A stretch of DNA of 64,000 bases. Origin: Raillietiella orientalis. Its lineage: Eukaryota. How positions within the stretch are numbered: the stretch's first letter is position 1; each line of letters starts with the position of its first letter. Positions 33,341-47,329 of this stretch are shown here, one piece after another. The DNA lies in the NCBI GenBank assembly GCA_036172245.1, contig JAYWIR010000001.1, positions 8,060,001 to 8,124,000 of the forward strand, in the 5' to 3' direction. The position numbers were made by a program, and so were the translations under genes. The notes beneath the pieces were generated by a model that was not told where the DNA came from, ran no database searches, and saw only the letters and a list, made by a program, of their open reading frames with translations.

Positions 33341-36300
33341 GGTCCCGGCGTGACCGGAGGTGACAACTAAGGCTCACATATCGGAGGCGATTTGAAGCTC
33401 TCCGCGATGCCAGGATCCTGCGCCTCACAAATGGAGTGGATCGTTCTTTCTGATACCGATGAGAAAGGAGTACAAGATCCGCCGCTCCCTGCTGCCGCAC
33501 TCTGCTCGCCAGGAAGTTTCCACCTCGAGCAGAATGCGGTCGAGCGTGGAGCTGCCGTCGTTGTGCTCCGAGTCGGGGGCGCACGCTACCGTGAACCACA
33601 AACGCACCGACCGAGCGAAACCTCGGAAAGCCGGCAGCAGGTCCCGCGCTCGCGCGGAAAGGACAGGCGGGAAGTCGTGGCGACGCCGCTTCGGCCCAGC
33701 TCCCCATCTCAGCGCGCGCCCAGGATCTCTCCTTTCCTCCTTCGCTCGATCGGACGGAGAAGAATCCGAGAGTGCTCGGCAAAACGCGCGCAACCTTGAA
33801 ATCCCGGAGGCAACCGACGCGGCAGGGAAGTCGTAAATCCGGAGTCGAGCGAGTCGGGAGCTGGAAGCCCGGATCTCTCCGCCAAGACCCGCTGGTAACG
33901 CTGCAGGGCGGAAGGACGTCGTGCACATGGCGAAGTGGTTCAGCTGCTCATCCGCTCCCACTCACGGGAGCACTGAGGCGCCATTGTTCTGGAAAGAAGC
34001 AGCCTTTGTCTCGGTGACGAAGGTCTCCTTCCTCATTTCCTTGCGTGCTGCAAAATCGTGACTAACAAGCTGTTTGCATTCTTTGCACTTGCGTCTCCGC
34101 CAAGCTCACAGAGCAAACAGGCATCCGGGAAAAAAGAAAGAAAGAAATCGAACGGGGGAAATCTTTCGATTTCACAAAGCTCTGCTCGGCGGCGAAGCAA
34201 TGGAACCGCGAGCTGCTCCTGTTCCTCATACAGTCAGAGGCGCATCTCTTCTGCTTTTCGAATTTTGCTCTCCTGGTGGAAGTTTGCAAAACGGAAAAAC
34301 AGCGGACAAAACGATGATATCACTGTTTCGTCGGAATTCCGCCTCCTCTGGGAGATGTTGGAGCGCTGCGATATGAGGCATTTCTTTTTTTTTCTTTTCA
34401 AAGCAGCATCAATCAGCTGATGATGGCGAATTGTTTTTCTTGTGAGACAAACGAAGGAGGAGGATTGTTTTTCTGGATTGTGGAAATGGTTTGGAAATCT
34501 ACGCAGCTGTGCTTCGGAAATGAAGTTCTTAGAGCGCGTTCCCGTCGGCGGGACAGTTTTCCAAGCAGGCGCGAGGAACGCATCGGTTGTTTCATTGCGC
34601 GTTTCATTGTTGGCAACCGTGAAGGCGGAGGCGACGCCATTTTCCCTTCCATTGAAGGGGGAAGGAAAATGGCGCCTGCTCATCCGAAACGAAGAGTTTG
34701 CAGCAAACTTTTCTCGCGCATGCGGCGAAGATACGCTCAAAGAGTGTGGTCCCCAGTAAAGGGGCAAATCCTTGCTTTCAGTTGCCCCGACAGTTTTCTT
34801 TTGCAGCACCAGCGTAGGAGGTTCTTGATTTCCATGGATCATTCCTCGAGTGTTTTGGATCTCCGTGAACTTTAGCAGTCTGCTTTTTTTCTTTTTTGAA
34901 GCTTCGCAGGTGAGAAGTTTCACCGCCACCGGAGGGTGGCGTTTCGCGTCACTGCCACTTCTCGGGAACACGGCGAAGAAGCGGTGGAAAGCGAAGCGGT
35001 GCGAACGGATGAGCAGAACGATGAAAGCGAGCCGAGGTGCTGGAGTCGAAGGGTGAGTCTCTCACTCGCTCTTCTCCCTGGATCGGTGCGTCGGGATCAA
35101 CCGCGAGTATGAAAAGGGCTCTCGGTCCTTCCGATGTCTGTTTGAAGACCGGATGCCTCGGGCAAACTCTCTGCTCTTCATTTCCATCTTTGGGGAAAAC
35201 CGGGACGCGAAGGCATCGGCAGCGCCCAAGTCCGACAGCTGCGACTGTCGGAAGACGCCGATAACCAACTTCTGTGCAGCCTCCGCGCTTAACTCCCCGC
35301 CTGACATCCCGAAACGAGTGAGGAAACCAAGGAAGAACGGAAGCAGAGAGGATGAAGAGTCGGTTCCCGGTGCTACCACGGAAGGGGAGAGTGGCATTAT
35401 GGGGGGGGGCATGCAAGAGGTAAGAAGGGTGGTCAGGCGCTCCGGAAGGCGAGTGACTGCTGCTGGCAACCGCAAGGAGCAAGTCGTCGGGGACGGTGCG
35501 TAAACGACAGAAGGTCGTGTTTAGAGGCTCTGGACACTGCCCTCTTTGCCTCTCGGCCCCCTTCCCTCTTCCTGTTCCTTCGTGAGAGAAGACACTCCCT
35601 ACCTGATCTCCTGACCCAGGGAACAATGGACGTGGGGCAGTCGGGAGAGCCAGGGTCTGTACGAACGTTCCCCTCCCCCTACCCCTCGGGCAGCTGCAGA
35701 AGCATCCCTGGAGTCGCAGGCGCGTCCTGGGGGTCCGGAGGGGGGAACCGCTCAGAAGTGGCATCGGTGACACCCCAGGCGCCGGCATCCCATACGAGCT
35801 CTCTGCAGCAGCAGGCGGACTATCGGCGGGGAACGCGGAAGGTTCCCGTCCTCGCCACCGGCGGCGCTGTTCGTAGTGATGGGCCCTGTCCTACGGGGAA
35901 AGTGGAAGCATGCGGTCAGGCTTGGTGCCCAAGAGAGCTCGGTCCGCCGAAGAGGCGACGTTTTTCCGGTGAGCGCGCTGCTGCCCACCGTCCTAGGACG
36001 CTCGAAGAATGGCGGCTGTCAGGTCTGTGGGTCGGATTCCGGAAACCCGGATGTTCGGATGCCCTCGGGGAAGCACCCCTTCCGAACGGACGCAGCCAAA
36101 ATCTCACAGACGGGAAACTTCCGCTACATGCAGGCGGCCTTCTTCCTCGAAGTCCCGCGCTCAGCGTGGCGCCTCTCTCCAGCCCCCCCGCGCTTCCCGG
36201 TTTGTCTCCCACTCTCAACCCTTCCCCGGGATGGATGCATGCCGCATCCTTCCCCTCCTTTGCGCCTCACCGCCTTCCCAGAGGTTTCTGCGGCAGTCCT

Positions 36301-39300
36301 GGAGGTTCCGCCTCCTGAGGAGACCTGGTAATGCAAAGTTCTTTCCTTACGCTTCCGCTGTCGCCCTCCGCAGCTTCTCCTTCCCGAAACCACAACCCGC
36401 GAGTCCTCCGCCCTGCTGTTCCTTCTTGATCGGGGTCAAAGTACGAGCCTCCCCCTGTCTTCCTCGTACACAGCTGGGTGCGACGATGCTGTTGCAAAGG
36501 AGATAAAAGGCGCTGCAGCCAAGGCTGGAAATACGCAAGGTGCTTTTCCTTAGAAAGCCGGAGATTCAATGAATTTTTAAGCTCCTCGATTTTAGAGAAA
36601 TCCTTCCCTCCCGTAAGCAACTGACGATAATCGTTTGCGAGACCTTGAAATAATGTCAACTTCTAAAAAGAATGAGAAAATTCGAGGCGGGATTTGCACC
36701 CAGGGATACTTTTTGTCAATCAACCTATTCTGTTCACTGCTTTTCTTCTTTTTTTTTCTCGTAGTGAACCATACAAAGTCACACTTGAAACGCACCTCAG
36801 TTGAAATGTGGACTCATCGAGCGCTCCTTCGCTTTTGATTTAGAAAAGGCTTTGAAAATATTCCCATGAATATGACTGGAATATCTAATCTTGGTGTGAA
36901 TGATAAACAAACCCTATTTATGCATACTATTGCCGAAATTGGGGAAAGTTTTCGGATGAGTATCCTGTTCCTTAAGCCGTAACCTTAGGCTCTTTAAAGC
37001 ATTCTTTAAGAATTTCGAGGAAGCCAATTACAATTCTCGCTGATGCAAGTTGTCAACAAACACACCGGCTACCCATCATCTCAAGCAACTCCTGATCCGT
37101 ACACGCCGAGATTAGCAATGCGTCCACACGGCACAGAAACCTCTTTGATAAATTGGTGCCGCCGCGGTGGTTGGTGTGGTCTGCATGGCTGCTTCGCGCT
37201 TTGGTCGGCGTTTCGGCTACGACCAAAGTACACGAAAGGCAGCTTGCACTTGGTGGTGGATGCGTCCATCGATTCCGAGGCGCCAGCGGAAGCGCCTGGG
37301 CGTCCACCCATCCACGCGAGCGCGTCCGCAGCCTTGGTCACCTGCGCCGTGTCAGGGGATTCGGCCAGTGCCAAGGTTAGCTACGTTTTGCCAATGGCTA
37401 TGTGCTGGCGTAGTAAGGCAAAGTGGCATCAACGTGACTTCAGAGGCGTCTCGAGAAGCGACACCACAATTTAGGAAATGAAAATTTTCGTTTCAGCCAA
37501 TACTTGACTGGAATTCCAAGATTATCCCCGGGATGCTTCGTCTGAATGATGGAAGGTGCCATTCATATCCGGAGGCAGTGGTGTTTTTCTGTGATCGTTG
37601 TTCACGAAAGACAGCTCACAGCGTTCTTGTTTAGGCAAGGAAAGGAAGTAAATTTTAATGTTTGCAGCCTGCCTGTATGAGCGGAAGTAACTGCAGACGC
37701 GGATTGTTGCATTAATTTTTTTTAAAAAAAAAAAAAAAAAAAACGAAAACGAAACAAAACAAAGAGAGACACGAGAGAGAGAGAGAAAGGGCAGCATACA
37801 GGTAACGACACTGCAAGGAAGATGGGAACACCAGGCATCATTTTTGATAAGAATTTGCAAAGGTTTTCGCAGATTGATTGCACTTATTCGATGGTGGAAT
37901 TTTTGGGGGTGCGACAGACTAAACTGCACGGTGTGTAATAAATATTCTGCATATGTTGGAAAGTACCTTTCAATGTGAACTTCGCATCTCTTCTGAATTC
38001 TTGATTTGTGACGTGCCAAGTCAGTGGAAAAAGTTTGTTTGGCCTCATTCGTCGGGGAGGATTCCGACGGCTGACGTTGAAAAACTATCCTTGGTAGCAA
38101 ATTCTTACAGCACTGCTCCTCCATTTTTTCTCTCAGCAGTTTCAAGCAAGCTCGGTGTGGGGATCATGAAAACCGGAAGCACAAATGGTGCCATAGCACA
38201 GAGAATTACTTGCTGGGGGCAAAATTTGGTTACAGTGATTGGAAAGTTTTTCAGTTGACACCTAATTGGGATTTTTGTGATACCTCCCCGTTTGAGGATT
38301 TGTTAATGAACACAGCTAAATCATAATTTGGATTGTATTTCAGTGCCATGTGCCCCTTTTCCTGGCATACGTTAGCTTATACATGAAATGCACAGATGGG
38401 TCTCAACCTAATGCTTTTGCAGTACATAGGGTAATCAAACATACCTATGGTACTATGGCATGGCAGTTATGTTGTCAGCTTTGATCCTAAAGGTAATGTT
38501 GAATATCAATAAGCTTAGAAAACTTGGCAATTTGTACAGGAAAGTGTGCACAGAGAGATCTCCAATGAGTAGGTGTTGTATGGATTGAGTATATCAAGAT
38601 GTACTTGATGCTGGGTCTTCCTGGCTTCCTGAATGATGTAGGAGATGCAACTTCTAACATTGACTTGATGTTCACAGCATTTAGTCATGCTCCTGTGAAC
38701 ATCTTGTAGGTAGCATTGGAAAACAAAATTTGACTTCAGCATCCTTAGTCCCAGTGTCTATGTGCTCCCAGGGTGTGCCATGTTTCAACTTGCGGAAATT
38801 TCAAAGCATCTAGATGAAAGGCAGGGTTGCTTCATTCTAGAGACATCCACAGCTAGCAACCATTCTCTTGAGACCTATGAAGAGCCTCTAAAATCTTCAA
38901 CATTTTACTGTAGGATTTTGTATGAACAGTAATTGGATTGAAGGTGTGATACTTCTCTTCTTGGAGATCCAGGCTAAATTTTTCAGAGCAGAGTTCTTGT
39001 TTTGCATGAAGGTTTTGGTACTAGTTTTACCGAGGTTGGAATTTGCTTTGAGGCAAGATCAGGAAAAGTGAAAATATATTATAGAACTTGAAAAGTTGTC
39101 AGCTGATGAGAAAAGTACTTTCAGACCAAGTTTTTGACCAGAAAATTGTGCATTAAAGGTTAAGATATTTTTCTTATTACATACGAAGAAATATATTATT
39201 CAAGGAATACTGAAACTCTTCCTCACCACACAACTGTGTTTGCTGTCATTAAGTGATTTCAATTTTGCAATCTAGTTGCAGGAAACCGTTCTCTCAAGCA

Positions 39301-41029
39301 ATAGCTGTTCCTATGCAAAGTAAATAATTTGTCCCTTGGGCCCTTCTGTTTTTCATTTTTCACCTGCACTCTGTTCACCATTTTATTTTGTAAATCATGA
39401 TAATTATGAAAGTAGAAAGTAAATCATTTTGTTGAGTTTGTCAATAACACTAAAAGTCAACTGCATTGTAAATTTTTCAGATCTCTCATGCATGTCTGCA
39501 ATGAAAGAAACTGTTTTGATACTTTAAGAATGTACTCGTATTTCTGGGAAAGCAGCATAGAGGTTGTAAACATTTCTTTTCATGTAACTGGTATCTTGGA
39601 ACTGGGGCATGGATGTAATCTGGAATAAGTTTGTAATTTGCTCTGATTTATTATTTTCTATAAAAGCTGCAATGTGTAAAACTACAAGATCTGTTTTTTG
39701 TAAATACATTTCTCACCACAAAGAGTGAATTCCACTGATTGCAAGCCTCTTTGTGAGACAGATTTTCTCCCTTCTATTTTTCATGATGTATACCACTTTC
39801 TCATCAATGGCATTAGTTGGTGAGGTGATTCTTTTGTGTTCAAACCCTTCTTTAGAGTAAGAACTGGATGCATCGAACAGAAATTCATCATTTAAAAATG
39901 GAACTTGTAGATTTTTAAATTAATTGCCCGAACTTCCTCTACTGAAAACTTGAAATTGGATGTTTTCATACATCCAACTGTGATTTAATGCTCTGTCTCG
40001 TAAGCTTGCATGATGAGTTAAAATTAATACCAAGGAATGTTATCCTGAAGGTGTGGAATGTCAAAGTATGACATTCAAACAAGTTACATGAACAGCCACA
40101 CATTTCACATGAGTTACTTTGCAGTAACGAAGCAGATCAGCATTGGTTCATAGCACTGGATATGTGGAATCATGGATTTCAAGGAGCGCGTTTCAAGAAC
40201 GCCTCATGCAGAAAGCACTGACACTTGCATTTGTTTGATGTCCATCAGATAGAGCCAAAGAAATACCAATTGTCTCCCATGTGATTTCAAGGAATGTATA
40301 CTTCCCTTTCAAAGGAAATTCAGATGATCTTGGAAAATTTTACATAAATAGGTTGCAGCCTTTTTCTATGTGTAGAACCCTTTCTCGAATATTGTAAACA
40401 GGGAAAGAACTCCAAATTCTTTCATAAGAACACAAGACAGCCTCCACGACAAGAAATTCCTTTTACAGTATGTTCTGTTGGAATTGATAACTCGGATTTG
40501 CTATCTGCATTCGTGGCGAGTTCTTGCACGATTTGCCTGAGGATTTTCAGATTATTCTGGTCAGCTGCTCTTTTGGTCAAACAGGTGACCACATTACTTA
40601 TCAAAGGCAACAACCACGCTTTCTTGTCTCGCTTGCTTGGAGCCATGGCCATATTCGATTCGTTGATCAAGGCAGCTCGCATCTTTGCCAGACTGGATAA
40701 CAACAACGTGTGGTCCATTGTGCAGATACCACAGCACATCGAGTCACCTAACTTTGTCGGTCACCAGACTTTGGTGGTGTCGTTACGTAGTGCGCAATTT
40801 TCAGACAAATTCAAAAAACAGCTCTTTGCAGGATACCTTGCACGAAGAGCGTCGATGTCGGAAATGAGGGCTTCTGTTTCTCTGCTCTCCTTCCAGCTTT
40901 TTTCTTTTGTTTCGTTTTTTTTTTCGTTTGCCACGCAGTCAAAGAACCGTTGGCCTTGCAGCTCACGAAGCTCTTCAGCACCGCCCACGCCACCCGGGGT
41001 TGCCTCTTGGCACTTCAAGTGAGACGTTG

Positions 41030-41400
41030 ACCCCGGAGGGGGCACCCCATGAATCCAAAAAGCCTCTGAAGGAAGGAGTCGCTCTCCCCTACGCTTGGAA
41101 GGCAACCCTCGCCCTGGCTGTCTCCGGAAGAATTCCCAGAAGGGGTCGCTCCTCTTTTTTCTTCTCCGGATGGCGTCCTCAAGGGAACCTCTCCCTGTTT
41201 CCTCCTCTGAAGAGAATCTCGAATGGACGCTCCTCGAGGAAAGCAGCGCTCTTCATGCACTCTGGAGAGACAAGCCCACCAGGGGGGTATCAACCAGCTT
41301 CGTCTTCACCCTTGAAGCGGAGTCCCAAAGAACCCCTTGATTCCTAAAAGGATCCCGGAGGGTCGACTTTTAATTTTGAGCAGTCAGCGGGGGCATCCGG
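41030..41400 (-). repeat. Partial body copy of the SINE-like family
   Basis: CCCCGGAGGGGG..CCCCATGAATCCA...GGAGTC..ACGCTTGGA is the reverse complement of 32570-32650. Confidence 0.6.
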
Positions 41401-41664
41401 TTTCCGGCTGCTCCCACCGGTGCCGCATCCGAAAGGTCCAGCCAACGTCATCTTGCAGGCGAAACTCGAAACTGACGACGCAGCCCCGCTCTCGGCGTCG
41501 CTGTTTACCCGAGCGGGATTCCAGCCCGCGACTCTTGGTAGTGTCACGAGAGGTGGACGCAGCCTCTCAGACGCGAACGAGGACCACGCGGTGCAAATTT
41601 CAGAGGAAGCACTTTATTGCGAAAGGTTTTCCAGGAGGCTGCAAAACTTCTCCCACAGAGGTTC

Positions 41665-43463
41665 TCAGGTGGAGAAAGTCAGGGTCTTCTCTTTGTCGTT
41701 CGAGTGGTCAACTTTCACTTTGACCTGCCTCATCAGGTCAACTCCAAAGCCCCAGTTCGACTGTATCTCCTTTCTGAGTCCATGGGTGAAGAGCAGATAG
41801 CACCTGTCGCTTCCCGGGAAAGCCTGGAATGCCTCGGACGTAGGTCCTCCCTGCGCGTCGATTCGGGAACCGCTTCAAGAAGTGAAGAGAAGGAGGAAGT
41901 TCCCTCGGTCAGCCCTCAAAGAACAGAATTTGCGGTCAGAGGGAAAGAGAGAGAGAGGTAACCGCTCCGGCGAATACGGAATGTACAGAAACCTGGATCG
42001 TGTAGCTGTAGACGTCGAAAAAGGCCTTCACGCCGCCGCCAACTTTGTACGTCACCTTCTTGTGTTTTTTCGGATCCCGAGATTTGCAGGACATCTGAGG
42101 GAAGCGGGCATTGGTCTCCGCGATCGTGAGAAGGGGGTCGCCTACCTCGTAAAGGCGGTTGAATGGAGGCACGGGTTTAGCGGGGATGTGCTGCAGCAGC
42201 CAATCCAGGAACGTCTTGGGAACTTCCAGGAACGGTAGTCCGGCATCGATGAAGGTTGCCTTTTGTTCACCCATCTCGAATTCCGCGTCCCCGTAAGAAA
42301 TTCTGAAAATGCAATCGCAAGGACCTCGAGAGACGTCCACCGCCTCTTTCAGCTTTCAGCTGGAAGCGAAAGCGCTCCGTTTCGCAGTTCGACGAACTTC
42401 TTGCGTTAGACGAGATGCGCGCAAGGAAGAAAAAGAAATCCGCTGAGTTTCTCGCATACGGCGACTTGGGGATCCGGCAACTGGCAGGGCACTGCGATGT
42501 TCCCCAACGTGACGCTCGCATCAGGTCGGGTGGATGGCGACTGTTTCTTACCCTCCCAATTCGAACTCGAGGAGGTGCGGGTGACTCTTGCCCTCTCTGC
42601 TCAGCATCGGCTTCACCACGGTTTCCTCGTGTGACATCAAAGTGATCCTGTCGTTGGAGTCGCCGAACGTGATCTTCTCCTCGCCTCTGATTCGAAGAGA
42701 ATGCTGCGGGTCTTCGGTTCCTGCCTCCCAACCCTTACCTTCTGAGGTCTAATATGAACTGGCTGCGGGCGTTCGCGCTTTCGAAGCGGTACGCGTCCAT
42801 TCCCAGTAGTCCGTCGCCTGCCATGAACTGATGGAGGTACGAAGAGTTGGTTTCCAACGTAAACAGCTCCACCTTCTCGTTCACCGTGAAGGAAACCGAT
42901 TCGTCCAAGTTCTTCACCTGTGGAAGAATGCGCTCTCCAACTCGCGTCCCTCCCCGTCCTCTTTACGCTGTAAGTGTCTTCGCCTTCCCTTATGCTGACC
43001 GACTTTCCTAAGTATACGGCGTTGCTCTGCTTCCCGTTGGAGTGCCAGGACGAAGAGTCCTCGGGCTTGAACTTCTGGTGGTCCTCTGCAGGGCTGCTCT
43101 TAGACCACGAGGAGCGCTGACCCCGCAGTCCACTTACTGCACCATTCGCTCTTGCATTGTTGATCAGGGATCCACAGAGAAGACATCGTGGTGTCCAGGA
43201 TGACCTTGAATTGCTGACCCGGGGTCCCAACGCTGACAAAGCAATAGAACTGGCGCTAAGGAAGCAGCGAGTAGCCAAAGAGCGCCTCCAGGATGGTGGG
43301 CATCTTACGCGTTGCTGGTCGTATCCTAGGCGAAGGTCCTGCTGCGAGCTGGAAGTCTTGACCCGGGCGATCCTGAAGTAGAAACGAACCTGCAGCCGAG
43401 AGCTGAAACTCAAGGGAAGTCTTACCCGGAGAAGACCAGGAAGAATAGAAGCGCTCCGAACAT
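41665..43463 (-). CDS. Spliced pepsin-family (A1) aspartic protease-like gene with atypical catalytic motifs DTT/DAG
   Basis: Signal-like MFGALLFFLVFS; FYCFVSVGTPGQQFKVILDTTMSSLWIP; KFKPEDSSSW; DGLLGM; KITFGD; FIDAGLPFLEVP; NWGFGVDLMRQ. GT-AG introns at e.g. 43086-43137 and 42918-42966. TATATAAA about 65 bp upstream. Confidence 0.85.
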
Positions 43464-43879
43464 CTTGAGGAGATCCCAGCACGTTGGCTCTACAGCAGTA
43501 GTTGCTTCGGGTGTGGCTCGTTCCTTTATATAACGGCGGCACCAGAAGCGGAGCTTGGGGAAGGTTCGCCTTTGAAGGGTTCAATGCGGTCACACGGCAA
43601 GGTCGGCAGGCGCGTTCGCTGCATCTGTGCTGCTGCTGCTACCGCTCGCTTTGAGGTATCACGACGTTCGCTCCGTTCCGGGGTGCTCCCCTCCAAGGCG
43701 CGCGCGCGAGTCTGGGAGAATCTCACCGGCCTCCCGCGCCTGTGCCGTCTCCCCGGCAACGTTGCCTCCGACCGGGAAACGACCGTCCGCTTCCTCGTCG
43801 CAGAGCTCTTTACCAAAGTCGCCGCTGCGCGCGGACGGCTGCCGCCCGGGTGCCCCGAAAATGCCTGCCTCCCGATGCT

Positions 43880-44220
43880 TCGGCAGATGCCCGTCAATCC
43901 GCATCCGCCGATGGTCCCCTAAACCGTCCTCGTGTTCGACCCCCGAATCCGCATCCATATCTTCACGGCGTGAACGGCATAGTTTCCGGAAGACGACCGC
44001 AGGGAGTGTGGAGTTCCCTCCTGCTCCCCACCACCCGATCCCTACACTTACGGAGTGGCCGCAGGGACCGCAGTGCTTGGAGGACAGCAACGCCAGGCGA
44101 CGAACCTTCGCTCCTTGCAAGCGACGTCCGAGCAACAGCCTCGTAGCTGAGGAGGCAGGTGAACTCTGACCCGTCCCTATTCTTCCGAGGTGCACCTGGC
44201 AGGTCCTCCTGGCCTCGGCA
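43880..44220 (+). repeat. Unclassified dispersed repeat, inverted relative to the copy at 46810-47080
   Basis: GCATCCGCCGATGGTCCCCTAAACCGTCCTCGTGTTCGA...CCGGAAGACGACC..GGAGTTCCCTCCT aligns with the reverse complement of 46900-47070. Confidence 0.7.
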
Positions 44221-44789
44221 TCACGCGAGCAAACATCCGGGAAGGAACATCACGATAAGTTCCGGGATGCAAGGTGCCATGGACGTTCGCCCTCCCAGGC
44301 CAGTCGTGCAGCCCGCGTGCTGCACGCGCATCCTGGACGAAGAGGACATTCTCAGTGGAGGCACTCGGAGGGAGGGGAGGGACGTCATAACAATCAGTGG
44401 GGAGGCGACATCACGTCGTCGGTTTGATGTCATCGAATCTCCTCTCGCTGGAGAGGGCAGGAAAACTCGCCGTTGGGAGTCTTAGCAACTCAGCGCGTGC
44501 TCTTTGAGTTGCGCCTCGTCGAGCACGGGAGCACACAACCCCGGATTGTGGGGATGCCGCACCGACCCCTACAATCCAAGGCCAGAGGCTTGGAATTCCA
44601 GTTGGAGAGAAGGGACAGTGAAAGGATACGGCACACGTGTCCTGCGCATGAACCCTGGAAATGGAAATTCACCACTGGAAGTTTTCGAGGGGAGTCCCTT
44701 CCCCCCCCCCCCGCAGCCTGCGCAACTCAGGCGACGTCCACTCGTGGCACACAGGAGACCACTGGCATGGCCAGAAGCACTCGTCGCGT

Positions 44790-45708
44790 CAGTGGTGCCC
44801 ACACAAATCCCGAGATGATAAAAAATAAATACACATGCTTGTAATAATATATGTTAATCTGATCAATAATATGTTTTGTTATATATACATCAGTGTATAT
44901 ATTTATACATAGATTAGTATATAGAGTAATATATATTGTAAGGATTGTAAACATAAATATACATGTTTACTGTATATATGTTGATGAAATTAGTAATGTG
45001 TCTATTATATTCTAGCCTATTTCTTATACATGTCCATGTAATTAGAAATGTGTTTGTCATACAGACTGATATAATTGGCACTGTGTCTATTATGTTGTAA
45101 TCTGCTTATTATGTACATATATCCATATAATTAGCAACGTGTCGATTATATGTATTGATATAATTTGTAATGTGTTTGTTTTAAATATTGATATAGTTAA
45201 TAATGCGTTTGTTCAATATATCCATGTAATCAGCAATCTGTTTACTATGTATATCCATGTAATTAGTAGTAATGGGTTTGTAATATATATTGATGTAGTT
45301 AATAATGTGTTTGTTGTACACATTTACACAATCATTAATGTGTCCATCACATGTAATCATATAATTATTAACCTCTTTATTATATATTCATGCAATTAGT
45401 AATGTTTATTATATGTATTCATATAAATAGTAATCTGTATATGTATTCATATATAGATGAGTATATACATTTGTATATGTTACAAATATTATAATGTACA
45501 TGTATTAAAATAATTTGATTATTAATAACATGCATGCTAGAAATATTAATACATATGCACGTTAAGGCAAATTTGTATATTAATCTATCTATGTATACAT
45601 GAATATACATGAATATGAATTATGAACATATTATTAATCATATGAGTGTATATAATAAACATATATTTATCTTTATGATCTTTCGGGGTTTTGGTGTTCG
45701 AGCTACTG
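44790..45708. mobile_element. AT-rich foldback/MITE-like element with degenerate terminal inverted repeats (CAGT...ACTG)
   Basis: Left CAGTGGTGCCCACACAAATCCCGAGATGATAAAAAATAAATA versus reverse complement of right CAGTAGCTCGAACACCAAAACCCCGAAAGATCATAAAGATAAATA. The interior consists of decayed AT-rich short tandem units. Confidence 0.65.
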
Positions 45709-46809
45709 AATCCATGTGACCCCGGACTTGTGATCTTTCTTCATTTTAGCAGCTTCCGTCTCCCGCAGCTGCATTCTATGGATCCAATTCGATGAGCCAC
45801 GTCGTGGTTTTCCAGCAGATGGATCAGGCACCAGCGGTGACAAAGAGCGACTGTGCCGGGGTGGCAGGTGCAAGTGACCTCATGGGTTGGGCATGGCGGT
45901 TTTTGACCGGCAGAGACTGCAGCAGGGATGAACCGAGGGCTGCATCCCGGCGAGGAATCCGGCAGGCGGCCAGGGCACAACGAGCCAGGAGCTCGACCAC
46001 GAAAGAGGAAGCAACAAACGCGGAGCAGCAGCGAGCCGGTTGCTGCGGCAAGAGCGGAGGAGGGAGCAATTATATTTTCAGCGCGACGACCTCAGCGTGA
46101 AGCGTCCCTTGCCGATGCGGCTTCCTCGGATGGGGGAAGGGGTCGAGAAGAGGAGAGGAGAGGCATCCGTTCGTCTACTGCGCGGCAAAACAGGTGATCG
46201 CAGGACGGGAGAGCGCGCACGCCGGGACTCTGCGTATCGAGAGAGACAGGAGCACCGGCGGGCGTTTGCACGGAAGACGGCACATGCGTCGATGGCAAGC
46301 CTGGAGCACTACGTGACCGGCTCGCCTCGTCCTGTCGGTGGTCGCAGCCTTTGCCTCGGGGTTTCGAATGGGACGCTCGCTTTTCCAGAGCGAATGTCCA
46401 AGGGCAGGCAAGACACCCAGTAACAGGGGCACCGGAAACCAGTGTTGCGAGGAATGTAGGTCACGGGAGCCCTTGAGGCACCGGCTTCTCCCCAGGTGAC
46501 GCTCTCCCGAAATCAGGAAGGGCCCCACTCGACCGCACGCAGCTGTGCGAACGCCCGCTGATTGCGAAGGCTCGTAGCTGCGAATCACGCAGGAGCGCTT
46601 CCGGGAATCCACGTCACTGCGGGTGGGGAGTGCGCGAGCAGCCCGAGGGCATTCTTGAACCCGCGGCGCCGTGTGCTGCCAAGCTAGCGGAAGGCAGTCC
46701 CAAGGGGTCCCAGCGCCTTCCGGGTTGCGGGGCTCAGAAGACCCCCCATCTCCCGTGGGAACGCTGAGGGAGGTTATCCAGCGGTCTCCACGCGAACGGA
46801 GCTCCGCAT

Positions 46810-47080
46810 TACATGGCCGGTCCGCTAGGAGGGAAGCGTGAAAGATGGGAAAGGGATGACTCCGGGTCACTCTGTGTGCGCGTGCGCCCTCTTTGAAGAT
46901 GGATCATTCAGGAAGCGAGGGAATCGAGAGGTGGGGTTAAGGAGGGAACTCCGTTCTTCACGTGGTCGTCTTCCGGTACCTGCTCCGCTCACGCGGCAAC
47001 GGTGTGGATGCAGATCCGGAGGATCGAACACGAGGGCGGTTTGGAGGACCGTCGGCAGATGCGGGATTCCGTATTGCGCT
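46810..47080 (-). repeat. Unclassified dispersed repeat (partner of 43880-44220)
   Basis: Direct visual alignment with 43880-44220. Confidence 0.7.
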
Positions 47081-47329
47081 GCCCATTGGCGCCAGATCCC
47101 GGGCGCAGGCGGACACTGCACTGCACACCGGGTGTCCGCGGTTCGTCCGCTGATAGAGGAAAACGAGCGCTGGCCTCAACTGTGGACAAATTCCGGAAGA
47201 ACCTGATCTCCCGGAGCGACCTCGGTCGCTTTCCTGTTTTCTTTTTTTTTCTTTTTGGTTTTCAATGAGGACTGAAGAACCTCCCGCCATGCTAGGGTGG
47301 ACCTACGAAGCTCATCCGCGCCGCGCACA

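Noticed and set aside
33030-36660. Many overlapping 100-300 aa ORFs
   Set aside because: GC-rich sequence is open in several frames on both strands with no recognisable domains or consistent splice structure.
36680-36735. tRNA gene on the minus strand (GGGTGCAAATCCC T-arm-like)
   Set aside because: No acceptor or D stems could be folded; at most a decayed SINE head.
44810-45690. ORFs or a CRISPR-like array in the AT-rich block
   Set aside because: Low-complexity degenerate tandem units, with no identical repeats separated by unique spacers.
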